A stretch of 64,000 nucleotides of DNA from Lentisphaeraceae bacterium (GCA_004551905.1 SFPL01000025.1:2757-66756), one strand, 5' to 3'. Shown: positions 16,601 to 22,423, counted from the first letter of the stretch. Numbers and translations: made by a program. The notes: a model not told the origin generated them from the letters alone.

Positions 16601-18849
16601 CGGGGGTGATCTACGGCGATCCGCTCTTCGTCACTCCGATCGCTTCGATCACCAACCTCGTCTACAACTTCGACGGCTCGGTGCAGAAGATCATGTACTT
16701 CAATCCTTCCAGCAAGCCCGACTGGATGATGCAGAACGTCGACGCCCACGTCCTCTCCGAGTCCGGCTACTTCACCAACGACGGCGAGGAGCACGAGGCC
16801 GAGGCTGGCGTCCTCTCGCCGGCGATCGACACTGGCGATCCCTTCGACCCTCTCCGCGACGAGTATGACGCGCCGGAGAACCGCGCCATCAACCAGGGCG
16901 CCTACGGCGGCACCAGGTGGGCGTCGAAGTCCGCGTCCGGCCACGCCGAGGTCGACGGCAATGTGCTGATCACGTTCCCGACCGAGTTCACGCAGCCGCA
17001 GGTGGAGTTCACCGTGGGCGGCGAGGGCACCTTCATTGCCAGCGCCACCATATACCTCTCCTCCAACGGCGGATCGACCTGGGACTACGTCTCCGAAACG
17101 ATCGGCAACCTCGTGCTCGGTCAGACCGTCACCCAACGTGTGCCGCTTGTGTACGAGCCGGGTACGGTGCTGACGGCCAAGGTCGTGCTGGTCGCCAACG
17201 GGATGGACGCCGTCGCGACTTCGCAGGGGACCAGGGCGGAAGGCGAGCTGCCTCCGTGGTTCGGCCATGGCGGCGATCCGGCCAAGGTGGTGCACGTACG
17301 CGAGGGCGCGTTCGGCGCTGGCAACGGCTCGAGCTGGGCCGACGCGGCGACCTCGCTCCACGAGGGCCTGCGGCTCCTGACTGCCGAGCGGAACGAACTT
17401 TGGTTTGCGGGCACGAATGTTGTCGCAGGAGCCTCGCCGTCGTATAATTTCGACTTCCCAGTCCTCATTCGCGGCGGTTTTGATTCGACGGAAGATTCTA
17501 TCGAAGAGCGCAAAGATGGAGTGAAGTCGCTTTTGACGGCGAACTACCTTTTCGATAATCTGAATCTGGCCAACTCGCAGAGCGTGTACATCGAGCGCAT
17601 AATCTTCAGCAAGGGCCAGACGAGGAACTTCATCCGCAACGGCGGAGCCGGCGACCTCGCGTTCAGCGAGTGCGAGTTCGTGGACGGCCGCTCCAACTAC
17701 ACCGGCGCAGGCGGCTACTTCACGGGCTCGTCCGGGAAGACGGCCAATCTCGCGTTCACCAACTGCGTGTTCCGCAACAACCGGTTTTACTACGGCGTCG
17801 GCTACGAATATGGTCAGTCCGGCTCGAAGGCGGCGTACTTCGCGAATTTCGCGAGCGTCACCATCGAAGGCTGCCTCTTCGTGGACAACGGCACTGGATT
17901 CGACTCGGTGGCGCCTCTCGCCAACGCCAAGGCCGCCGTCTTCGAGGCGACCGGCTGCCGTCTGAACGTTGTCAACACGCGCTTCGTGGCGAACAGCGAC
18001 TTCGTAAGGAACGTCGGCGGGTTCATCTCGCTCCAGACCGGCACCGGCGGCTCCGTGTTCCGCAACTGCGTGTTCGCGGGCAACATCAACGCAAATGACA
18101 ACACGTACGGCGTCAGCGCCGGCAGCGAGTGCTCGATGGGCGGCATAATCTACGTGACGGGCAACTTCGAGGAGAGGCCCGAGATCACGATCGACCACTG
18201 CACCTTCGCGTACAACCCCGCGGGATCCTACGGCTGCCCGGCAGCCATCTACGTGCAGCGCGGAATCGTGAACGTCTCGAACTCGATCTTCCACGCGAAC
18301 ATGCTCAGCAGGGAGAACATTTGCCCGGCCGACATCTACGTGAGGTACGAGAACGACGATCCGCTTGGCGCGCAGTGCCACGTCTCCTACTCGATGTTCG
18401 ACGACCTGGGGACGAATAATATCCGCGCCGTTTCCGGAGGAATAATTACTACGAACAATGTTTATGTCGCCGATCCTCTGTTGGTGACAACGATGGACGA
18501 CCTGCTGGCATGTCTGCCCGCGTGCACCGTCTCGGGCGCGCGGCTCTCCCTCGACCGCAAAAATCTGCGCTTCGTCAACAACGCGGCGACGCTGGAAAGA
18601 CTGGAGTCGTTCAACATGCACCTCAGGAGCCGCGCGGGCTGGTACGACGAGCGCACGGGCGAGTGGTGCAGCACCTCCGGCGCGCCCTCGCCGGCGATTG
18701 ACGCCGGCGACCCGGCGGCGGACTACTCGAAGGAGCCGAACCGCGCCGGAGTGGGCTTCCCCGGCCGCCGCGTCAACCTCGGCGCATACGGCAACACGCC
18801 CTGGGCGTCGATGACTCCGCATCCCGGCAACCTGTTCATTCTGAGGTAG
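4603..18849 (+). CDS. giant secreted multidomain protein (about 4750 aa): signal peptide, Ig-like repeats, 4 LamG-like modules, glycine-rich domain, 4 tandem pectate-lyase-fold beta-helix modules with choice-of-anchor-Q-like C-terminal motifs
   Basis: The SD 'aaggag' precedes the ATG at 4603; an alternative in-frame ATG is at 4588. The signal peptide is 'MKQAMKLVVSIACAVLGAATALAVA'. Ig-like repeats have the form 'P.VVV...L..G..Y.VSY..N...G...V.G.G.Y.G'. LamG-like motifs are 'VRVYSRNLDETERAFNRALDVIRY', 'IRMYDRTLEPVEVAFNAALDQIRF', 'VRLYGRELSATEVAFNAAIDKVRY' and 'VRIYNRVLTPAEMRYNGAVDRARF', at about 7240, 8270, 9250 and 10220. The glycine-rich region, 'LVVGGGGAGGAYCGGGGGGGAV...VGAGGA', spans about 10700-11450. 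The beta-helix modules begin with caps like 'WYGHGGDPAKVVHVR' at about 13510, 15360 and 17260. Each module ends 'SPAIDAGDP...NLGAYGNT'. Confidence 0.9.
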   Translation: MKQAMKLVVSIACAVLGAATALAVADTTFYIPSIPETAARPGEPAMPVVEVYDNSTHELLSEASDYTISYTNNTQNGVGQVVVSGLGNYAAVTNTFDFNVYVSYPVLAGMTPLRYVEITGTQFYHTGLRPSDHQIEVEFMTITYVDNGYIFGTEASNAWNYPHFSECNHNYCWGYAGSQGTSSGKKSTDTGKLHRLIYNRVGDHAIVLDGTVLASGNNCATTANVHIGRRSGSTNYKGRIYSFRATDRATGEVVVDMVPAKSADGVIGFFDRVTGRFIGPSGSSTSSVLGPEAPFSDFSVSPVPVQHDWSGGAGRPSTGATPALVVSNLTAGVELEQGVHYTVSYSDNVSNGVASAHITGIGDYSGQHDTVLFRVFNSIYEKYRPLEYLESTACAPWIGIDYIHKTSTRTEMVSCIDSSKLRLANYQASFGSRRGGAANESFNFFFKFNGQNRPAWTRNAETQGSDNSYPYDEWVTLECGLDSGLKATWTGETSGKTGSLTSSKNVAGSVPFALFCLNNYNGYGYNYTGDSPAAMKLKSFKIYEDDALVHDYVPARRISDGTLGVYDVIDDQFFSNRGSGSFTAGPEASKLQIAAAIPDQSIVGGAPAEPAVVVTDATTGETLEEGVHYSVSYSGNDTPGTGRVILTGLGAYAGEIGGKDFKTYDGGPATPYPNLSRSYVPDGLIGFWDGIDNSGTGTHDPAAATWVDLSGLGYHGTMNGIATWANGNAMHNEADGHPCVLPAAFSSNWNWHDVTVEFAFRPSELAATRAIFSNYSGASPWGTIISHNNGTTYTDGSIRLYNRDTGGAGDTKIASVVKAGERAYFTILSEYNYMFAFRDSATDVPVNSGSVYGRKVSTSAFEIGGQPDNAAYGMRGDIHFVRVYSRNLDETERAFNRALDVIRYENKSLKYVLPAELPDGYEYDAARDVLRVKIGANAIHTKGLVSINGATAAKMPETFVDIGSTVTLEYSGDGFLGWTNLPSVYTYPGTPTSGRVTFTAAAPVRAVALSSARSAAESELTPYSYVQKGIVRLWDGIDNVGTGVHENTNRWIDLAGSGAQWILRENYGSFAAKALALAGTNKDSAYSEDPVPGYLSVEFCVRKTSGRNLFSNRDDMSRIFILDNDGAFGAYRWHDGSANCQRACQYGYSPLLLEAGNDVTLSAVYANLLSPMKMPDLVYYCNGRRAPYGKSPANFWGQGDYPALGSRYNNNDNVVNGLLYSIRMYDRTLEPVEVAFNAALDQIRFFGADEAATFANMTLPDGYRWNSTESRLEVRLDLRTVRGASSVASGTWFPVGEEVEVVFTPSRPGSPVRWLGLPLKSTLSADKTTLSYTAAAPASVTVMAEQELPALAYVPNGLVALYDAKENVAPGVHSGTTLEWHDLTGRNRQPWTLVRGRASFLDDALEVGGHLAWAGYCPIHQENLLPDWQSVEANITPFRTNGAMLVVFDRNVSRILAVNADPGSRFFCGNKSSKASCATDPAVAGFANDTYSSVYADGGTAPSAFYLGGREITARTVASVDWSTDNDYPSLGGRYNSGDGRYLGLFHVVRLYGRELSATEVAFNAAIDKVRYQGASLPDVLPATLPEGYRYNPAAAALEVNIRAFAAEGSLAVNGGSETNVWVEVGGEVAITATPGAGRGVRDWTGLPGDATISADARTVTFRAASPVEAAVEFANTTAATPASAYNTDGLLAAWDALDANFTSDGWAASGEMPKRTNCLALDGENYIHSTVAGVKSALMEKALTVQMFLRPRNFRWSGGYIHIGTGADVRDLLLSMQGDRSMKSWRGAFGALQYAATSSMNLSYSGIAKPTAEYFGRDTLVSIVRDAEGAKLAIDDGDFCVTNTAYSSIPTTDLVNIGKWIGKKAAEFDLYAVRIYNRVLTPAEMRYNGAVDRARFLGEALELPEGYTNDAGAVKVRYTVTVTDGSGLVSLNGGTPAASIDEWVEKGTAARFVFTPASGYALDAWEGFPDTATYGSGGAVVSLKASSPLAISVSGLELSEGDDLFTSSAALPVPATLGGNKVYTFPAGSYTLVAKSDMTIMQALVVGGGGAGGAYCGGGGGGGAVRFVDRPVFIAAGESVVVSVGAGGAIASASGGAGSKGDSSILSAGDLDIESFGGGGGGGWNSTSPSGGGSIASSGGSANMNTAAHIDGWNYDSKSGYLGGISYNGYNCYTYRLYAPGGGGAGGQGESTAGSETALHGGRGLLCAISGTPTIYGSGGGGGGKGGGHGGINAGNGGTGSANGTAGVDGTGSGGGGGGNGTDYYGGKGGDGTIILSIIPGDHSAAAFKVELDDSAPYLGSPVEPEVTVTLGDTVLVKDVDYTVTYVNNTSPGQGAAIVSGIDGSPAEGLTTTRSFTIAQVIFADFTAAGLADGSSWANAMAPQAALTAAQNAFLANGWAEVWFKAGNYTISAALTLARPCAVRGGFLGDDSDPAALDPSNPETVFDGQGIPSKASAVAQALTDSSPLAGLTSTYERIGFGRFKSHGFVKTGGSSIKFKNCRFFNNTWGVGAASTGRGFNLTGTTLATATFDGCEISGNGENASYCHDPGTGFGGYISTFKRVIIDNSSFVTNGWGGSYRTAQGSAIYVTSAPVTARNTKFVANSIKHPGNGGTVNLVNASGGSAFTNCLWLANGNNWYGAFGNGGHSGALYVNLSSKADTVDLDHCTFAYNIEGSMDKYDKGMQYPAPAGLYVYCGSAKVRNSIFWGNSISSDNTAAADVYLHSNGSADIDYTLFGGLGKDYINSYSGGRMVLGDHIVVGDPNFVTRPETVATYMNKPTEFAIPRSKTSAAGFFYSYTASLRLGIASFDVHIAAGSETYSPAIDGSIASWPVGDEPLPNGGIANLGFYGTTAEAATSLLGVPSVDGDIDVSFPDDEPAPEVSFVLGGDGTPYNAKVTVSAGTGSAAAAGESYQWTRDFIGLQPGDVVKALSGYMFTPGDTLYVKVTISTPGNADVVYTTTAQVAGEVPVWYGHGGDPAKVVHVRSGSTAHNPAGTSWADAFPDLESAYQKLTSERNEIWVAGDIVHTKEPTYFYCNVATTVRGGFTGAEDSLEERPVDTVSTIDGQMLYNCLRPANLSTLTLERLRFKNGYGYGINRPECNGDLVVEDCDFICNGATNNTNLAGCAIRFIRASNSAYPTRNLTVRRCRFEGNGRRYHGNGQLDGACIYINNAASLTVEDSLFITNGAPFSLSSSSSAAVRPAGTCIYADATPVTVTGCRFAGNRSSSGTDGTATYGGLIYLLNACEGSVIRNCAFVANECVTRTATASKAGALGGSIVVNFAEAIREMFIESCTFAWNLSAGYSFPADVSVNKGVANVHNCIFSGGQLGPGIAADTGRYFKIGSSGSLNIDYSMFDCDLKTAIGGSGKIVIAPSCITNANPRFVTSSPELTLRNPENFYAAYDAGVESVAATCDVHLVSAVGYVDNDGVFHTGGNVVSPAIDAGDPADDCSLEPHPNGGFINLGAYGNTVEASRTYSVEPEIVDNLVTVTFPDDTSFPKVDFDLKAAALDYTATVKVFCGTNGFDSASFESPAMPIRGGEHFTYLQGVEPYVSGSTLYVRVLVTSGDHVLTNDTAITVTGEMPSWWGKGGGKGVIHVWAGAPGANDGSCWRDAFTDINSAIAAVDATTKEIWISGDWRLNNRSFTVTPSRSIAVRGGFAAVENTPKERPANTVSVIDGNNSYNPMVINNGAGVAAEVDRLVLYNAYDRGLAKTGGGDLSVISCTFLTNGQNGTNGDANGKGMRVSSAAGARIFVTNSLFMGNMLIHESFNKSTGQGNGSGIYIDSGASLTVVDCRFNGNGHPSVTPSTNHSANPRAGAFYGGAIYSAVPTHLSYSRFCGNRVIHSYNNNAYSGGGTVFLAGAAGGSTVKNCLFAANQDTQNWSGTSLPVTKQGGALVVSLDSAAGTVEIENSTFAYNLCDGKYCAAGLTVVTGSASVKNCVFGGNMIGANASDKAVDINVRSGSSCIVTYTLLSESGALRPTDVATTAEAGGTLELGSGVIYGDPLFVTPIASITNLVYNFDGSVQKIMYFNPSSKPDWMMQNVDAHVLSESGYFTNDGEEHEAEAGVLSPAIDTGDPFDPLRDEYDAPENRAINQGAYGGTRWASKSASGHAEVDGNVLITFPTEFTQPQVEFTVGGEGTFIASATIYLSSNGGSTWDYVSETIGNLVLGQTVTQRVPLVYEPGTVLTAKVVLVANGMDAVATSQGTRAEGELPPWFGHGGDPAKVVHVREGAFGAGNGSSWADAATSLHEGLRLLTAERNELWFAGTNVVAGASPSYNFDFPVLIRGGFDSTEDSIEERKDGVKSLLTANYLFDNLNLANSQSVYIERIIFSKGQTRNFIRNGGAGDLAFSECEFVDGRSNYTGAGGYFTGSSGKTANLAFTNCVFRNNRFYYGVGYEYGQSGSKAAYFANFASVTIEGCLFVDNGTGFDSVAPLANAKAAVFEATGCRLNVVNTRFVANSDFVRNVGGFISLQTGTGGSVFRNCVFAGNINANDNTYGVSAGSECSMGGIIYVTGNFEERPEITIDHCTFAYNPAGSYGCPAAIYVQRGIVNVSNSIFHANMLSRENICPADIYVRYENDDPLGAQCHVSYSMFDDLGTNNIRAVSGGIITTNNVYVADPLLVTTMDDLLACLPACTVSGARLSLDRKNLRFVNNAATLERLESFNMHLRSRAGWYDERTGEWCSTSGAPSPAIDAGDPAADYSKEPNRAGVGFPGRRVNLGAYGNTPWASMTPHPGNLFILR
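10741..10800 (+). repeat. in-frame (GGC)n trinucleotide tract encoding the paired poly-Gly runs of the glycine-rich domain
   Basis: The sequence is gtgggcggcggcggcgcgggcggcgcctactgcggcggcggcggcggcggcggt. Similar (GGC)5-8 tracts occur at about 10951, 11145, 11262 and 11364, and in the paralog at about 39355, 39880, 40515, 40890, 41005 and 41140. Confidence 0.85.
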
Positions 18850-18880
18850 TAGCTCGCCGTTAGATATTAGAAGATTTGGG

Positions 18881-18905
18881 CCAACGCATCATTGGGATGC
18901 GTTGG
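18881..18905. terminator. hairpin (10-bp perfect inverted repeat ccaacgcatc/gatgcgttgg, 5-nt loop) between the convergent giant gene and thiC
   Basis: Both arms were read directly. There is no clear U-tract, so it may act as a bidirectional terminator or processing site. Confidence 0.3.
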
Positions 18906-18985
18906 AAGTGATTCGGCAGCCATCGGCCAGCGGCAATGCCTATGAAAGCAGGTCTGATAGCCGCGTGTGCCGCCGCGGCGGAGCG

Positions 18986-20290
18986 CTATAGGCCCTTGGC
19001 GAGCTCGCGGATGCGGCGCGAGGTGCGGACGGCGCAGAACTGCTTGCCGCACATCGAGCAGTGGTCGTCGCCGTGCGCCTCGTCGGTGAACGCGCGCGTC
19101 TTCAGCCACCGCGCCTTCGCGCGCAACGGGTCGAGGCAGAGCTTGAACTGGCGGTCCCAGTCGAACGCCGCGCGAGCGTCGGACATCGCGTCGTCGCGGT
19201 CGCGCGCGCCGGGGAGGCGGCGGGCGACGTCGCCCGCGTGCGCGGCGATCTTGTAGGCGATGCAGCCCTGGTGCACCTCCTCGGCGTCGGGAAGGCCGAG
19301 GTGCTCGGCCGGCGTCACATAGCAGAGGAGCGACGCGCCGTAGGTGGCTGCGGCGGTCGCGCCGATCGCCGAGACGATGTGGTCATATCCGGGCGCGATG
19401 TCGGTGACGACGGGGCCGAGGACGTAGAAGGGGGCTTTCTTGCAGACTTCTTGCTGGCGCTCCATGTTCATCTGGATCTGGTCGAAGGGGACGTGGCCCG
19501 GGCCCTCGACCATCGTCTGCACGCCGCGCGCGCGGCAGCGCTCGACGAGCTCGCCGAGGACGTCCAGCTCGCCGAACTGCGCGGCGTCGGAGGCGTCGGC
19601 GAGGCAGCCGGGGCGCAGCCCGTCGCCCAAGGAGACGGTGACGTCGTGCTCCGCGAGGATGTCCATCACCTCGTCCCAGTTGGCGTAGAGCGGGTTCTCC
19701 GCCTTGTTCTCCATCATCCACTCGGCCATGATCGCGCCGCCGCGCGAGACGATGCCCATCTTGCGCTTCATCGCCGCGGGGATGTGCTTTAGGAGGAGCC
19801 CGGCGTGCAGGGTCATGAAGTCGACTCCCTGTTCGGCCTGGCGGCGGATGACGCCGATGAGAAACTTGGGGTCCATCTTCGGGATGTCGCCGAGGAGCGA
19901 AATGGTCTCGTAGATGGGCACGGTGCCGAGCGGCTTCGGCGAGGCGTCGAGCATACCCTGTCGGATCGTCGCGATCTCGTCCTCGGACGACGCGACCGAG
20001 AGGTCCATCACGAAGTCCGCCCCGGCGTCGAGCGCCACCTTGAGCTTCTCGAGCTCGTCGCCCTTGCCGGAGTGGGTCACGCTGCGGCCGAGGTTGGCGT
20101 TGATCTTGGTGGTGAACATCCGCCCCACGCCGACCGGTGTGCAGTTGCGGTGAGCGGGGTTGAGCGGGATCACCGCCTCGCCGGACTCGACGGCGGCGCG
20201 CACCGTCTCGGCGTCGAGTCCCTCGTCCTTGGCAACGCGCTTCATCGCGTCGGTGATGATTCCCTTATGGGCTGCTGCAAGTTGTGTCAT
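18986..20290 (-). CDS. thiC: phosphomethylpyrimidine synthase ThiC
   Basis: N-terminal 'GIITDAMKRVAKDEGLDAETVRAAVESGEAVIPLNPAHRNCTPVGVG' and C-terminal 'CSMCGKQFCAVR' Fe-S motif. Confidence 0.95.
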   Translation of the reverse strand: MTQLAAAHKGIITDAMKRVAKDEGLDAETVRAAVESGEAVIPLNPAHRNCTPVGVGRMFTTKINANLGRSVTHSGKGDELEKLKVALDAGADFVMDLSVASSEDEIATIRQGMLDASPKPLGTVPIYETISLLGDIPKMDPKFLIGVIRRQAEQGVDFMTLHAGLLLKHIPAAMKRKMGIVSRGGAIMAEWMMENKAENPLYANWDEVMDILAEHDVTVSLGDGLRPGCLADASDAAQFGELDVLGELVERCRARGVQTMVEGPGHVPFDQIQMNMERQQEVCKKAPFYVLGPVVTDIAPGYDHIVSAIGATAAATYGASLLCYVTPAEHLGLPDAEEVHQGCIAYKIAAHAGDVARRLPGARDRDDAMSDARAAFDWDRQFKLCLDPLRAKARWLKTRAFTDEAHGDDHCSMCGKQFCAVRTSRRIRELAKGL

Positions 20291-20392
20291 GGCTGTTTCC
20301 TTTTACTAATATTTTTTAGCCACAAGGTACACAAAGTTCACATAGCACACAAAACCTTGTGCCCCTTGTGTTCTCGGTGGCTGAAAATCATG

Positions 20393-21505
20393 TCATATCC
20401 TGTTGTCCCAGTTCTTGAAGACGACCTCCTGACCGTTCGCCTTGATCGCTTCGTACACTTCCTTCGGCGCGCGGCGGTCGGTGAGAGTGAACTGGGCGAC
20501 GTCGGCGGCGTGCTCCTTTTCGAGCACGGCGTAGCCGCCCGGCGTCACGCGCGAGCCGGCGCTCATGTTGTCCGCCGCCACTTGGACGATGTAGTCGCGG
20601 AACTTCGGAGCCTCGCGGGTCGAGACGGTCATGCAGCACTGCGGGAAGCAGATGCGGAAGGCGAGCATCATCAGGTCGACGTCGCGCTCCTCGACTTCGC
20701 ACGGCGGCACGAACCCGCCCTCGACGCGGCAGAAGCGCGGGAAGGCGAACTGCACCTTCGACTCGTAGCACTCCTTCATGAGGTAGAGCGCGTGCGCCGC
20801 GAGGCTCGCCGCCTCCCTGCGCCACGGCGTAAGCCCGAGCAGGAAGGCGCAGCCGAGGATGCGGAAGCCGGCCCTGCCGGCGCGGAGCTGGGTCCAGAGC
20901 CGCCATTCGTAGTTGGACTTCGGCCCGGCCGGGTGGAAGTACTTGTAGCGTTCCTGGTCGTAGGTCTCCTGGAAGCAGGTGAGGGACTCGAAGCCGGCCT
21001 TGAACATCGCGCGGTAGCCTTCCTCGGTCTGCGGCGCGACTTCGAGCGAGAGGTTGGAGAACATCGGCTTCAGGAGGCGGGCGACGTCGCAGAAGTGCTC
21101 GACCGAGTTGACCTTCGGGTCTTCGCCGGCGACGATAAGGAGGTTGTCGATGCCGCTTTCCCGGATCGCCTCGGCCTCGACGCGGATCTCGTCCAGGGTA
21201 AGGTTGCGCCGCACCGTGCCGGTGTGCTCGCGGCGGAAGTCGCAGTAGCGGCAGTGGTTGACGCAGGTGTTGCCGATGTAGAGGGGGGCGTAGACGCTGA
21301 CGGTCTTGCCGTAGTACTTGATCCGCGCGAGGCGGGCCTTTTTGCGCATCGCGTCCATGAAGGGGTACGCGGCGGGCGAGATGAGGTTGAGGAGGTCGAA
21401 CCAGTCGTGGCGGTCCTTCGCGAGCGAAGCCTCAACCATCTCCGGCGTCACCTTGGCGAAGTAGTCGTCGACCTGCTCGGCCGTGTATTTCAGCAGCGGG
21501 AACAT
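20393..21505 (-). CDS. thiH: 2-iminoacetate synthase ThiH (radical SAM)
   Basis: 'YIGNTCVNHCRYCDFRR' is the CxxxCxxC radical SAM motif. The overall length and neighbouring thiG and thiC fit ThiH/biotin-synthase-like. Confidence 0.8.
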   Translation of the reverse strand: MFPLLKYTAEQVDDYFAKVTPEMVEASLAKDRHDWFDLLNLISPAAYPFMDAMRKKARLARIKYYGKTVSVYAPLYIGNTCVNHCRYCDFRREHTGTVRRNLTLDEIRVEAEAIRESGIDNLLIVAGEDPKVNSVEHFCDVARLLKPMFSNLSLEVAPQTEEGYRAMFKAGFESLTCFQETYDQERYKYFHPAGPKSNYEWRLWTQLRAGRAGFRILGCAFLLGLTPWRREAASLAAHALYLMKECYESKVQFAFPRFCRVEGGFVPPCEVEERDVDLMMLAFRICFPQCCMTVSTREAPKFRDYIVQVAADNMSAGSRVTPGGYAVLEKEHAADVAQFTLTDRRAPKEVYEAIKANGQEVVFKNWDNRI

Positions 21506-21513
21506 CGGAGCGG

Positions 21514-22278
21514 CTACTTGAAGATGTCCATCGGGCTGGTGGCGCTCGCGGTGGCGCGGGAGGAGGGAGGACCGGCCTTGAGCGCAATTTCGGCGGCCTG
21601 GACGGCGAGGCCGAACGCCTTCGCCATGGCCACCGGGTCGTCCGCCACGGCGACGGCGGTGTTGGCGAGGACGGCGTCAGCGCCGAGCTCGATCGCCTCG
21701 GCGGCGTGGGAGGGGAGGCCGATGCCGGCGTCGACGACGACGGGCACGTGGCTCTGCTCGACGATGATCTCGATCATGTCGCGGGTGCGGATGCCGCGGT
21801 TGGAGCCGATGGGGCTGCCGAGCGGCATAACCGCCGCGGCGCCGGCGTCCTCGCAGTGGCGCGCGAGGACGGGGTCGGCGTTGATGTAGGGGAGGACGAC
21901 CATCCCGAGCTTCGCGCATTCCCTCACAGCCTCCAGCGTCTCGACCGGGTCTGGCAGCAGGTAGCGCGCGTCGGGGTGGACCTCGATCTTGATCCAATTG
22001 TAGCCGGCGGCGAGCCCAAGCTTGGCGATGCGCACGGCCTCGGCGGCGTTGCGCGCGCCGGAGGTGTTGAGCATCACCTCGACCTTCGAGCGGTCGATGA
22101 CGCCGAGGATGTCGTCGTGCGCGGCGTCGTCCTCATGGACGCGCGTGAGCGCGGTGGTGACGAGCTCGGTGCCGCTCGCCGCGATGGCTGCCTTCAGGAG
22201 CTCGCCCGAGGCGAACTTGCCTGTTCCCAGAAAGAAGCGGCTCGAGAACTTCCTGCCGCCGATGACCAGTTCCTTCAT
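21514..22278 (-). CDS. thiG: thiazole synthase ThiG
   Basis: The start is 'MKELVIGGRKFSSRFFLGTGKFAS', matching E. coli ThiG 'FTGTGKFAS'. The second in-frame Met was chosen because the riboswitch and SD 'ggaggaagg' lie immediately upstream. The ORF-track start is at 22299. Confidence 0.9.
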   Translation of the reverse strand: MKELVIGGRKFSSRFFLGTGKFASGELLKAAIAASGTELVTTALTRVHEDDAAHDDILGVIDRSKVEVMLNTSGARNAAEAVRIAKLGLAAGYNWIKIEVHPDARYLLPDPVETLEAVRECAKLGMVVLPYINADPVLARHCEDAGAAAVMPLGSPIGSNRGIRTRDMIEIIVEQSHVPVVVDAGIGLPSHAAEAIELGADAVLANTAVAVADDPVAMAKAFGLAVQAAEIALKAGPPSSRATASATSPMDIFK

Positions 22279-22282
22279 TGTT

Positions 22283-22366
22283 CCTTCCTCCGCCGGCATT
22301 ACCCGGATCAGGTTCGCGGGTCTTATCTCAGCAGGCGACGCACCCTGCGCGCCAGCACCCCGTTGA
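22283..22366 (-). promoter_or_regulatory. TPP (THI-box) riboswitch controlling thiG-thiH-thiC
   Basis: The reverse complement reads 5'-GGGGUGCUGGCGCGCAGGGUGCGUCGCCUGCUGAGAUAAGACCCGCGAACCUGAUCCGGGUAAUGCCGGCGGAGGAAGGAACAAUG. It contains the conserved CUGAGA and ACC..GAACCUGAUC.GG.UAAUGCC.GCG.AGG elements. Its 3' side overlaps the SD and start codon. Confidence 0.85.
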
Positions 22367-22373
22367 TGGGTGT

Positions 22374-22386
22374 GTATTATACCATA
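22374..22386 (-). promoter_or_regulatory. minus-strand extended -10 (TATGGTATAATAC) driving the riboswitch and thi operon
   Basis: The reverse complement of 22374-22386 is TATGGTATAATAC. The predicted TSS is about 7 nt upstream of the riboswitch 5' end. Confidence 0.4.
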
Positions 22387-22423
22387 AATTTGCGTTTGCC
22401 CCTATTGCGTCTTTCCGCCGGAT

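Noticed and set aside
18700-18849. A PEP-CTERM, LPXTG or T9SS C-terminal sorting domain at the ends of the giant proteins.
   Set aside because: There is no PEP motif followed by a TM helix and Arg cluster, no LPXTG, and the tail is far shorter than a roughly 80-aa T9SS CTD.
20291-20392. A second TPP riboswitch between thiH and thiC.
   Set aside because: The reverse complement lacks the ordered GGGG...CUGAGA...GAACCUGAUC elements. Only a CGAGA fragment is present, and in the wrong order.
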